DNA of 64,000 nucleotides from Hypanus sabinus (lineage: Eukaryota), in contig NC_082727.1 in NCBI RefSeq assembly GCF_030144855.1, forward strand, positions 40,114,001 through 40,178,000. The letters run 5' to 3'. Shown piece after piece: positions 35,658 through 47,363 of the stretch. Within the stretch, counting starts at the first letter, position 1, and the number at the start of each line of letters is the position of its first letter. The translations under genes were made by a program, and so were the position numbers. The notes below the pieces were generated by a model that did not search any database, was not told the origin of the DNA, and saw only the letters and a program-made list of their open reading frames with translations.

Positions 35658-36277
35658 CAGTGCCAATAAAAAGTATTCACCCTCCTTGGAAATTTTCGTG
35701 TTATATTTTTTTTACAACATTGAATCACAGTGGACTTAATTTGGCTTTTTTTGACACTGATCAACAGAAGAAGCCTCTTTCTTGTCAAAGAGAAAGCAGA
35801 TCTCTACAAAGCGATCTAAATTAATTACAAATATAAAACCCAAAGTAATTGATTGCATAATATCCTCCCCTTTAAAATGACACACCAGATCATCACTGGT
35901 GCAGCCAGTTGGTTTTAGGGGTCACATAATTAGCTAAATGGAGATCACCATGTGCAGTCAAGATGTTCCAACTGATTGTAGTAAAAATACACCTGTATCT
36001 GGAAGGTCCAACTGCTAGTGAGTCAATATCCTGGCAAAAACTACACCATGAAGACAAAAGAATACTTCAAGCAACTCCACAAAAAGTTTACTGAAAAGCA
36101 CAAGTCAGAAAATGGATACAAGAAAATTTACAAGTCACTGAGTCACAGGTCACGAAAGAGACTTCTGTTGATTAGTGGCAAAAAGCCAAATTAAATCCAT
36201 TGTGATTCAATGTTGTTAAACAATAAAACATGAAAACTTTCAAGAGAGGGGGGGGTGAATACTTTTTATTGCCACTA
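35658..36277 (+). mobile_element. Internally deleted Tc1/mariner DNA transposon
   Basis: TA|CAGTGCCAATAAAAAGTATTCACCC ... GGGTGAATACTTTTTATTGCCACTA|TA; transposase start at 36048 MKTKEYFKQLHKKFTEKHKSENGYKKIYKSL; inserted in an old CR1 fragment. Confidence 0.88.
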
Positions 36278-37139
36278 TATGTAACAGAAAGTTCAGGTGA
36301 CTTATTCAGGGGGTGAGGATATTTCTCAGATAAAATGACAAAAACAAGGGTATTCAGTTCCTCAAACCTTTCTGCTATTCTGTTAGATCCTGGCTGATCT
36401 GCAATAAATCAGTGTACCTACCTTTGTTCCATTTCCCTTAATGTTTTTAGTAACAAAACGTGATCAACCTCTTGTTTAAATTTAACTGCTAAATATGCAT
36501 TGCCTTTTGTTCCTAATTACCAGAACCTGAAGAACCTGGCTCTAAGTTTTAGACAATCTCCCATTAGTCATGAAGTCTCCAACTCTACCTACTCTTTCAG
36601 CCCCCTTTGTGATTCGGATACTTCAGCCAAATCATAATTTACTGCTGAATTCCAGGGGAAATGACCCTGTTTGTTATCATTGCTCTTTATAATTTAATAT
36701 GTGGAGTCCAATTACACAAAAATATTCTGAAGTACCCAGTAGTTCAGGCAATGTCTTTAGAGAGCCAAGCATAATTCACATGTCAGATCAAAGAGCTTTC
36801 ATCTAAAACCTACAACCTACCGAGTATTTCCAGCATTTTCTGTTGATTTCAGATTTCCTGCATCTGCAGTATTTTGCTTCTGCAGTCCAGTTATCATCCC
36901 TCTGGATCTATATTAGTCTCACTGTAATGTGAATGTATTTTTTCCCGACACAGTGCTCTAAACTGCTTAGTAATCCAGGTGTGGCATAGCTCGGTCATCA
37001 TATGGTAGCAGCATAACTTTTACTTCCATGTACCAAGTCCAAAACCACAACATTCATGCCCATTCCTCTTCATCTTCTGCACAATTTCACAATATTTTAA
37101 TGATGATCTGTGTACAGAGACCCACTAGCTCTCTTTTAG

Positions 37140-37525
37140 CAAAGCAAACAAAGTCCTGGAGGAACTCAGCAATTCAGGGAGCATCTCTGGAGGAGAGCCA
37201 ACAGTCAACAGGACTGGACAGGAAGGGGGAGGAACCCAGAATAAGAATGTGAGGGAGGGGAAAGTGGACCAGCTGGATGCCATTGGTGAGACCAGGTGAG
37301 GGAAGATACAGAGTGGATGAAGTAAGAAGCTGGAAGGTGATAAGTGGGAGAGATGAAGGGCTGGAGAAGGAGTGGACAAGTGACCATGAAAGAAAGGGAA
37401 GGAGGAGGGCACCACAGGGAGGCAGTGGGCAGGTGAAAAGAGAAGGGATGAGAGGGGAACCAGAATAGGGAATGGGAAAAGAGAGGGGGAGGGAGAGAAA
37501 TTAATGGATGTTCGAGAAATCAATG
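37140..37525 (-). mobile_element. Penelope-like 3' fragment
   Basis: ctggaggaactcagc..gcatct followed by a purine tract homologous to 8530-8850. Confidence 0.7.
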
Positions 37526-38159
37526 TCTCTTTTTAAATAAATCTCTTTAATTCCTACTTTTCACCATTTAGTAATTACGCTGTCCTGTCTTAAAGCTGTC
37601 GATCTCTCAATGCTTTACATCTACTCATCACATTTTTGTTAATCTGTTAGTGTCTCTAAGTAGTTTATTACATCTCTAGATGTTGTTTACAATCCCACTT
37701 ATCCCAACATGGATCCTTCTGCTGTGATCACCTGTCCAATATCTGTACTCTCTATGCCACAAGTTTGGGAACCAGGTCAGTAATATATCTTGAACCCTAT
37801 GCATTTAAGCTTATATCAATGTTTTATGAAGGATTTGATGAAATACTATAGGTGGGTGATAGAATTGTGGGAGTCCTATAAACATTCAGGTACATTCTGT
37901 TCCCATCACTTCGGATATCTGTTGAAAAAAATTAATCAGATTTGCCAGACATCTTTCGCCAAGAGGTTTGTGTATGGTTCTGCATTATTATCTCTCCAGC
38001 ATTGGCTTATTGTCCTACCCACAAAGGAGCAGGGCAAATCTAAACCAGTTGATTAACGATCTAGAAATCTGCTATCAGTCATTAGCAAAGTAAATAATGT
38101 GATCAATATTTATACTACTTCAGGACCACATATTCCTAGATCATATTATGGTGTTCCTC

Positions 38160-38335
38160 TCCGCGCCTTTTGGCACATGGGGTAACAACCTTGCTGTTTC
38201 TTTAGCATTTATCTGTTTTTTTATGAGGACAATTTGATAGCACAATGCTCAACCCAGCACAGATGGAGAGCATATTCGAACCCGGAACCACTCACCTCAA
38301 ATTCCAGTGTGGTTGCCACTACATCACTGGCCAGC
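38160..38335 (-). mobile_element. tRNA-derived SINE
   Basis: Minus strand gctggccagtgatgtagtgg (A box)...GGTTCGAAT (B box); homologous to 60210-60405. Confidence 0.7.
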
Positions 38336-40759
38336 AGATCATAGAACAAACATACAAGAAAGAGGTGAGATGATTCTGGTTTTCTGTCTGTGTCCCTGAT
38401 GATTGTTTCCAGAAATTTTCCCGTCGCCAAGGCTAAGCCTACAGGTCTGCAGAAACAGAATTCATCCCTGCAACAATATTTGCGAATTTTCAGATCTCTG
38501 CCGTAAGCCCTGTATCTACGGATTTTTGGTAGAATATAGCTAGAAAACCTACAATATCCTTCCTTATTTTCCTCAGCAACCTGGAATGTAGCTATCAGAA
38601 ATGGTGACATATCCATGCTAAATGTAAATAAACTTTCTGTGCTCTTCTGTCTGTTGATTTTTAACCTATCTATCTATGCCGGGTTGAGCGCTGAGCTAGC
38701 CACTTGGCCTCGTAAAAAACAAGGGTCGGTTCAGGAACGTTCATACCGTGACCCGGTTAATCCGAAAGGAGACCAATCCTGACACCACGCGTCAGAAAGA
38801 ATGGCTGACTGTTTGGTGTGACAAGCTATGAAAAAGTTTATCTATAACCTTAGTTGCATCTTCTTTTGCTAAGACTCCATCAGCATTTTCTTCCTTGCTA
38901 ATGGTTGGCATAATGTACTTGCGTAGAATTTCAGCCATGTTCCACTTGGTTTCATATAGCCTATCCTCCCATGTTCCCAACAATTCTACAACCCACCTAG
39001 AGTATGGGAGAACTTGTACTGATTCCTGGTGAATACCACTGCATAATTTCCTCCAGAGAGAACCTGTAGACCTTTTTTATGCCTTGGACCCCTACCATTA
39101 ACTAAGTGGTCTGTGGACCCCAGGATGAAAGCCCCTTGAATCATGGCCAACACAAGCACTTAAAGTAAGTCAAACTAGTCACATGGCATCTTAAACTTTA
39201 ATTTAAAAGTATTGAATATAATTGCAATTACACAACCAAAGTTCAAAGCAACCTCAGATCCGTCCTTTGAGAAAATAAATCATACTACCATTTCTAAATT
39301 AATGTAACTTTAATGTTATATCACATCAATGCAGAAACCTTTGACTTTTCCACCTATTTCTGTGAAGGACCTTGTGATATAATGAAAGCATAAAGGGCCA
39401 CACTATGCTGCATGTTGTGATTAACTCATAAAAATAATATATCACACAGAGCAAATGTGTTGTCATAAAATGACAGTCTTGTTGCGCACAAAGTGAGATA
39501 ACTTGGGCTTCAAAGGCTGCACTTAATTCAATCTTGTTTTTAAATTATTTCCTTGGGGATAATGCAATGTATAGAGGTGGTGCATTTTAGGCATATTCCC
39601 AGATGTCTTGTTTCATTTTATTGTAGCTACGATTAGCAAGTACAGGCAAGAAAGAAAACTGCATATTTTCCTACTATTCAGCTATCAACATGCTTTATGT
39701 GATTAAGTTTTACTTTTTTATGTATATATTCTTGAAGCACTTCTAATAGAGGAAAAGTTTGAAAATAACATTTTGGCTTATTTTACATAATTTATTGCAT
39801 AATAAGTTGTAAGAATTCTGAATATTTTTCTGAATATTTTCTCAATATGTTTGATCAATATAATAAAATTTGAATGATTAAAAATACTTGCATCCTTTTG
39901 AATGAATAAGTTAGTTAATTTTACCAAACAATTCTTGAGCTGAGTAGTCACAAGTTAATGGAGATGACTGCAGAGCAATGGGCTTTTCATATCTTTCCCT
40001 CCTATCTAACCTAAATGGATTCAAGGGCTGGTTTTACAAATGGGCATGTGACAAAATGCATGAAAAGTGCATTAACCAGGATCCTTGTTCCCTTTTAAAA
40101 ATTGGTGCCTTTGAATAAAAACAAATACCAGAAATGTACACCTCTTTGCTAAGAAAACAGGCAATTTAAGAAAATTTTAAATTGATATCTTATGTTGATT
40201 TGACTGTTCTGTTTTTAGATGGAGGAGAGGACCCAGTGTATTTCTCATAACAGTTATATATTCATTCCAGATTTCCATCTTTTGGGATTTTTCATGAACT
40301 CTAACATATTAGAGCAGCTGACATGAGAGGGGTCCATAGATGGTATCCAATTCTTATCTTAGAAAATGATCTTCAAACACCAGCAAATAATATGAAATTT
40401 AGTGTTTGATTCTGGCATAGCTAATCACCTCAAACCGCAGACATGTGTAAGCACAAAGTTGAGGAAATAATTCTGATCTAAATCACATCTGTTCTTACAT
40501 CGCTAGTTGATTAGGATTTGGGAATTCAAAAACTTATGTAGCACTCATGTCAGAGCAGAAAATTCCACATTTCCCACCATACACCATTGTTCCTAAAGCA
40601 TTTTACAGAGACCTAATCAAAATGTGGACCTTTGAACAGGAAAATGAGCTGAAACAAAGAAGAAAACATCTGTGACACACTTAGACTCATCAAACTTTTA
40701 TATAAGTTTCAAGATTGCCTTGTGTTGAACATGCATTAGATATTTTAGAGCAATCTTAC

Positions 40760-41299
40760 CTGGCCATTAAACTGAACGCTCATCATCTGAAAATATATAC
40801 ATAGTGGCAGGGATACAAGGGCCGAAAATAGCCAAATGGTCAACACGACTGCAGTCATCGACTTCAAATGAAGAGCAGATTTTAGGCGCAGGTTCAGAAT
40901 GGCAATGGATCTTTCAACACTAATGGCAGCTAAGGTAATAATGGTCACACAACCACTTGTGGCCATAGCATAGAACAGAATATGACACACATAAGGTCCA
41001 AGGGTCCAGGATCCAGTCCAACGAACAACGATGATGAATGGAATGACTCCTACAAACACAATGTCTGCCAAGAAGAGGTTCAGTACAAGGCACTGAAAAT
41101 TGGCGAGCCTCTTGCCCTTTATGATCAGCACAATTATGCAAACATTAGCCAACAAGGAGATCAATAAAACCATCCCGAGTAAAACTGTCTCAATAGTGAC
41201 GGTGAGGATTTGGTCCGGAGACCTGAATTCAGAAAAAAATGGGAAAAATGATCTGTTCACCTGGTGGTGTTTCTGTACGTTAAATGAATTAAGCTCCAT
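40760..41299 (-). CDS. FFAR4: Free fatty acid receptor 4, exon 1 (N-terminus, TM1-TM4)
   Basis: ATG at 41299 (the track's start at 41320 is a GTG). MELNSF...NRSFFPFFSEF...VLNLFLAD...VVRWTGSWTLGPYVCH...TLAAISVERS; FFAR4-type FPFFS and VRWT motifs; donor CAG|GTAAGA; 180 codons. Confidence 0.96.
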
Positions 41300-41472
41300 C
41301 TTCAGGATGCTATTGAGCACAATACAGAGCTATACCTGGAAAGAGCTGCAGGAGCAAAATCAACATATGTTGTTTCAAAGTTCTTCAGATTTAGTCCAAG
41401 CTTGTTCAGAAGATCTGCTACTTTGTTAGCCTGCTACAGAATGTGAACATTTTCAACTGGCATCTTCCAGCA

Positions 41473-41601
41473 TTTATATGTTTACCAAAGGCTACTGATC
41501 ATAAAATGATATGATCATAATCTCAATATTTTTTTAATACATAACATTTTATATCTTTGCCCTTGGATTACTGATTTCATATCACTGCCTTATGAGGAAG
41601 T
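41473..41601 (-). promoter_or_regulatory. Candidate FFAR4 core promoter (TATA box, forkhead and ETS-like motifs)
   Basis: Minus-strand TATAAA (plus-strand TTTATA 41473-41478) ~175 nt upstream of the ATG; adjacent TGTTTAC (41479-41485); GAGGAAGT (41594-41601). Motif match only. Confidence 0.4.
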
Positions 41602-42896
41602 AAAATCTGATACTATTATAAATTAACCTGTCATTAAAAAAAATTGGACAGGTACAAAGTCTGTATATGGAGAGGAAAGGAATGGAGGGTTATGGACTGA
41701 GTGCAGTCAGTGGGACTAGGTGAGAGTAAGCATTCAGCACGGACTAGAAGGGCTGAGATAGCCTGTTTCCGTGCTGTAATTGTTATATGATTATATGTTA
41801 GATAAACAGTGGATAATCCCTTGAACATATTAAAGATTCCTATCACTGAATGATAAATAGCATTTCCCTGAGTTTTTCTGTCTAATTACAGCCTTCCATC
41901 AAAATTAAATAATCATTTAAACTCTACAGAATTTCTTCATACTAATAATCAGAACATATATTTCAAAACGGTAGTTCATGATACTCCAGGACATTAAGCA
42001 GTAAGCATTAAATCTAACCAGCATTCAGTAGTACTTCTCGGACTGTAGGATGCTTTGATATGACCAGAAACTATATTAATCTTGCACTAGAGGAAGAAGA
42101 ACATGCAAAGTCCAGTTGCTGTGAATTTGTTGTAAGAATGCTCAGTCTACTGGTGATAATGAATCTCTTGTTATCGGCGAAACTCGAGATCAATGCAGAT
42201 CTGTATAATGAACCCCTTTAGCCACTTGTGATTGCTCATGGAAGCTGCATAAGATCTTAGCTTGAGTATACTTAAAGCAGAGGTTGATAGGCTCCGAGAT
42301 AATGAGAACATCAAAGGTTACAGAGAGAAGGCAGGAGAACAGGGTTGAAAGGGATAATAAATCAGCCAAGATGGAATGACAGAGCACACTTGATGGGCTG
42401 AATGGCCTAATTTGCTCCTCTGTCTTATGATCTTTTCCCAGTCACAAAATGGGCAGCACTATGGAGGTGATGGAAAATGCAGAAATTGCATTGGTAAACT
42501 TATTAATATTGGATTATTTTCTTTAAAATAATTATATTACAAACTCTAGTTCTGCTAGTAACTGCTCATCCTTGTAGGAAATCTGGAAGTTCAAACATAG
42601 GAGGGAGTTAATCACTTCCTTTCTCCTTTAACAGACCTTGTTCATTGTTTATGTCTGTTGCATTGCTTTTGTAAATCCCTAGTTACCTCCTCATATTCTC
42701 AGCATTTCAAGATTCAACATTGTTTAATGTCATTTGCAGTACACAAGTGTAAGGGCGAATGAAATAATTGTTACCCTAGATCCGATGCAGCCCCAAAAAA
42801 ACACAATAAGATAAAGAACACAATAAATTTAAATACATAAGATTACTTACATACGTAGATGATTGTGTGTCAATAAGGAAATGAAAATATATATCA

Positions 42897-43030
42897 CAAA
42901 CATGAGAAAATCTGCAGATGCTGGAAATCCAAAGCAACACACACAAAGTGCTGGAGGATCTCAGTAGGCCAGGCAGCATCTATGGAAAACAATAAACCGT
43001 CGACATTTTGGGCCGAGATCTTCCATCATA
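42897..43030 (-). mobile_element. Penelope-derived short repeat
   Basis: aaatctgcagatgctggaaatcc..gcaacacacacaaagtgctggagga..ggccaggcagcatctatgg..gtcgacattttgggccgaga. Confidence 0.7.
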
Positions 43031-44457
43031 AATATAGAATCCCCTATTTCCAAAGATTTTACAATCATATGCTGACACTATAATCTGCAGTGTAATGCAG
43101 ATTATAAATTCCTCGTCATAAATATTACTGAGGAGTTTACGTGGTCTGTAAGTACCGGCTGTTTGACGAAAAAGACACAACAGTGCCTCTTTCACCTCAG
43201 ACGGTTGAAGTTTGGTACCACAGCATAAAATCCAGGACCAATAGGCTCTGGGACAGCTTCTTCCGCCACGCCATCAGACTGATTCATTCATGCAAACACA
43301 GCTTTATTTCTATGTTATATTAACTGTCCTATTGTATATACTATTTATTATAAACTATTATAACTTACACATTGCATATTTAGATGGTGATGTAACATAA
43401 AGATTTTTACTCCTCATGTTTATGAAGGATGTAAGTAAAAAAGAATTCAATTCAATGCAACTTTTCTGAGTGGAGTTCAAGAATAAAATGCAGCGAGAGG
43501 AAGTGAAGATATGTCTGATAATAAAAATCAACTGTTAGTCTCAACTGGGGAAATTGCATGAAATCATTACAAGAATGTCCAGTTCCCTTTTAATAAAATT
43601 GGAATTTCATATCTTGCATGCTTGTTCTTCAGCGACCCTGTGCTTTTAAGGATAGCTGATAATAATTGCTTTGACATTCCTAGAAAAAAGTTACCAGGAT
43701 TCATCCATAGTAATAAGGAATGTTCCAGTCAGCAAACATGTAAATTAGCATGGACTGAGATAGTCAATCTACAAAGATCCTTTGAAATTCTCCATCTGTT
43801 GTGATTATATTGTGAATTAGTGGCACTGGAGGGTAGGCAGAGATAAATATTTACTTATAGAGTCTGTTATTATGTGACCAACAGTGATCAGTATCAACAA
43901 ATGGTCTTATCAGGAGTGTCTGCATATCAGGATTATCAGGGAATGTCTCTGGATTGGAATGTCATGGAAGAGATTATTGAAAAGGACTTGTTAAAAATAT
44001 CAATTTGTACCCAAACTGAGTTGCTAATAGTCGGATATTGCATATAAATTCCCATATCTGAAAGGAAAGTTTCATCTTGCATTACAATGAAACCAGGATA
44101 AAACTGACAAGGGCAGTGGGGCCTAGTCTCTGCATAACCCAGACTGGCAACAACTCCTTTTAAGGATCAACCTGTGACATCATCTCCCAGTTAAACCTGA
44201 AGTGCATACCACTTGGAGACTACAAGAACAATGCTGTGGCTGAACACTTGAGGCAACATCCACCACTGTCCACTCATTGAATAATGGCACTGAATCCCAC
44301 ATGATGGCAGGCCCAAGCCTATACTGTATCAAATTTGGGGCCTACCTTATTCCAAGCACCAGCCCCCACTCTGAGTTTGGGAACCAAGAACTAGATGGTG
44401 GGAGGGCATCAGGGAATAGATCAAGCTTGGGCACCAGGGCATCACTACATTCAGATA

Positions 44458-44879
44458 TGTCCCAAGTGCGGAGCGAGAGACACTGATGTGGGTCAATAGT
44501 TCACAGACTTTAATGCAAATGGAGTTAGAGGGAAAAGAAAACAACAAACGCTAGGCCAAAGATGGCTGTTAACTAAGACTCTCAAATGGAAGATGAAGCC
44601 AACACTGCAGCTGAAAGGAATAACTAAATATAAAATTAATACTGCTTGACTTCGGAGTCAATTGACTTGACAGTCCAATTTTTCAGGCAAGGCCAAATGC
44701 AAGCAGGCAGCGAAATGTTGCTGTGCTTTGCTCAAATCTCGACAAATGCTACTAAAAAAGAATGGTTAAATACCATATAATAATTAGCTGACATTAGTAT
44801 ATCATGAAATAATAATTAGCTAACTGTGCATATGCAAGAGCTCTGTATCTGTTGCACTGCCGAATCTGTGTTTGTGACA
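44458..44879 (-). mobile_element. Possible solo LTR (Gypsy-like)
   Basis: TGTCCCAA...TTGTGACA termini (TG..CA, 7/8 inverted match), minus-strand ATTAAA near one end; no clear TSD. Confidence 0.4.
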
Positions 44880-45727
44880 CAGGGTCGAGAAAAACACCAA
44901 TGACCTTGGTACTAGTGATCACCCTGGATGTGGACAACAGGGTCCAGCCTTGGCCTGGGCAATGGGACCATCGTGGGAAACCAGGCTTGACATCATCACC
45001 AAGAAACCAGCCTGAGAGTGAATATCAGGGGCTAGTTTAAACTTGGCTACATGAGACAAGTCTAAAGAGAGATTCATCTTCATTTGCATACTATATTAAA
45101 ATTAATGAAAATTGTACTGTTAATTTTGAAATACTAACATTTTTTAAAAATCACGTATCATCAAACTTTTTCATTAAAATAGTTTTGGACAAATTCCATC
45201 TGTTTTGTCAAAATAAAATATAAAATGGAAATTGACGCATATAGATTTCAAAGTGAAAATTAAAAGTAAATTTATTATCAAATTACATATATGTTTCCAT
45301 ATACAATGCTGAGGTTCATTTTCCTGCGGGCATACTCAATAAATCCAATAACCATAATAGAATCAATGAAAAACTGCATCAACAGGGCAGACAACCAGTG
45401 TGCAAAAGACAACAAACTGAAAGAAAGAAAAAGATAGATAGAAAAATAGAAAGGACATGAGATGAAGAGTGATGGGGCAAGTGAAGTTGAGTGAAGTTAT
45501 CCCCTTTGGTGTTCTGTGCTGTATCTATAACCTATAAATAAAAAAATAGAATCAGAGCTCACTGAAGCAAGTAAGGGTAAAGAGAGATCTAATAGAATTA
45601 ATTACAATCTTGAGTGAAATTACGTGGGTGAGAAATAGATTGCATATGTTTTTTGATGAATTGGAAAAGATAGACATTACCTCAGATCACATACTAGAGA
45701 GTAAAGTTATCAAGAAATTTATTCTTG

Positions 45728-46788
45728 ACCATAGGACAGTTAGATATAGGAGCAGAATTAGGCCAGTTGCTCCACTATTTCATCATGGTTGATTCACTTC
45801 CCTCTCTGCTCCAAGCTCCTGCCATCTCACTGTAACCTTTCATGCCTGACTAACCAAGAATCTATCAACCTCTGCGTTAAATGTACCCAATGACTTGACC
45901 TCACCTGTGGCAATGAATTCCACAGATTCACCACGCTCTAGCTACAGAAATTCCTCCTCATCTCTGATCTAAATGGACATCCTTCTAATCTGAGGCTGTG
46001 CCCTTTAGTTCTAAACTCCCCCCACAATTGGAAACATCAACATTTGATAAGTTTCAATGAGATACCCCCTCATTCTTCTGAATTCCAGTGAGCAGAAGAC
46101 CAGAGCCATCAAGTACTCATATGATAAGCCTTTCAATCCTGGAATCAGTTTCATGAGCCTGCTTTGAACCTCTCCATTGACAGCACATCCTTCATTTGAT
46201 AAGGGGCCCAAAACTGCTCGCAATACTCCAAGTGAGGCCTCACCAGTGCTTTATAAAGTCTTAACGTTACATCCTTCTTTTTTTATATTCTAGTCCTCTC
46301 TAAATAAATGCTAACATAACATTCACCAGCATCACCACAGACTCCGCCCGCACAATGACTCCCAAGTCCCTTTGCACCTCAGATTTTTAAATTTGTTTTC
46401 TCTCCATTTAGAAAATGATCTACGCTTTTATTTCTTCTACCAAAGTGCATTACCACACACTTCTTGACATTGTATTCCATTTGCCACTTCTTTGCCCATT
46501 CTCATAATCGATCTAAGCCCTTCTGCAGCCTTTCTGCTTCCTCAGCACTACCTGCCCTTCTATCTATCCATGAATGGTCTGCAAACTTGGCCGCAAAACC
46601 ATGAATTCTGTAAACCAATTCATCGACATGTAACTCAAAAAGAAGCAGTCCCAACATTGACCCCTGTGGGACATCACCAGTCACCAGCAGCCAATCAGAA
46701 ATGCTCTCTCTATCCCACACTTTGCCTCCTGCCAATCTACCAATGCTGTATCAATGCTAGCATCTTTCCTTTTATATCATGGGCTCTT
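45728..46788 (-). mobile_element. CR1-type LINE RT to 3' tail
   Basis: VPQGSMLGLLLF..AAKFAD..LQKGLDRL and LEFRRMRGYLIETY relics. Confidence 0.88.
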
Positions 46789-47363
46789 TCTTTCTTTCTA
46801 AATCTTTTTATTAATATTAGTAATATGGACAGAATACAAATGATATATTGATAAAGAAATTACCAACATACACATTCCATTACATATGAAAAAAAACATA
46901 CATAATAGTTACAATATAAATGAGTTTACCAAGACATAAGCCATAAGATATATGTATGGACATAGTAAGTCTAAATATTTCATAATGTATAATATAAAGA
47001 AAACAGAAAAAAGAAAAAAAAACAAAAAAAATTTATATAATGCAAAACTAGCTAATCTAATCTAATAACTATAACTAATAAGTAATATAGAAGAAAAAAG
47101 AAACAAAAAAAAAGAGAGAAGGAAAAAAAAAGGGGGCTGTTTATAATATCTCACAAAAATAAGTATTCATCAATGCCGTCACTTCCGGTCCTCTCAAAAT
47201 ACATAAGCTAAAAGCTGGGAAATCAAATGAACTTGGCACAGGGTCATATTACATCATATGAAAATGTTGAATAAATGGTCTCCATAACTTTTCAAATTTA
47301 ATAGAAGTCTCAAAAGTACCACTTCTAATTTTTTCTAAATTTAAACATAACATAGTTTGATAA
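46789..47363 (-). mobile_element. 5'-truncated L1-type LINE with 11-bp TSD
   Basis: catgggctctt at 46778-46788 and 47364-47374; minus strand MLCLNLEKIRSGTFETSIKFEKLWRPFIQHFH relic; T-rich UTR. Confidence 0.82.

Noticed and set aside
38270-38335. tRNA gene (A and B boxes)
   Set aside because: No cloverleaf; continues into a body shared with the copy at 60210-60405, so it is a SINE.
44458-44470. TGTCCCAAGTGC (CPKC) resembling the CEP55 C-terminal zinc finger
   Set aside because: Wrong strand for the expected synteny, no surrounding similarity, and at the edge of a putative LTR.
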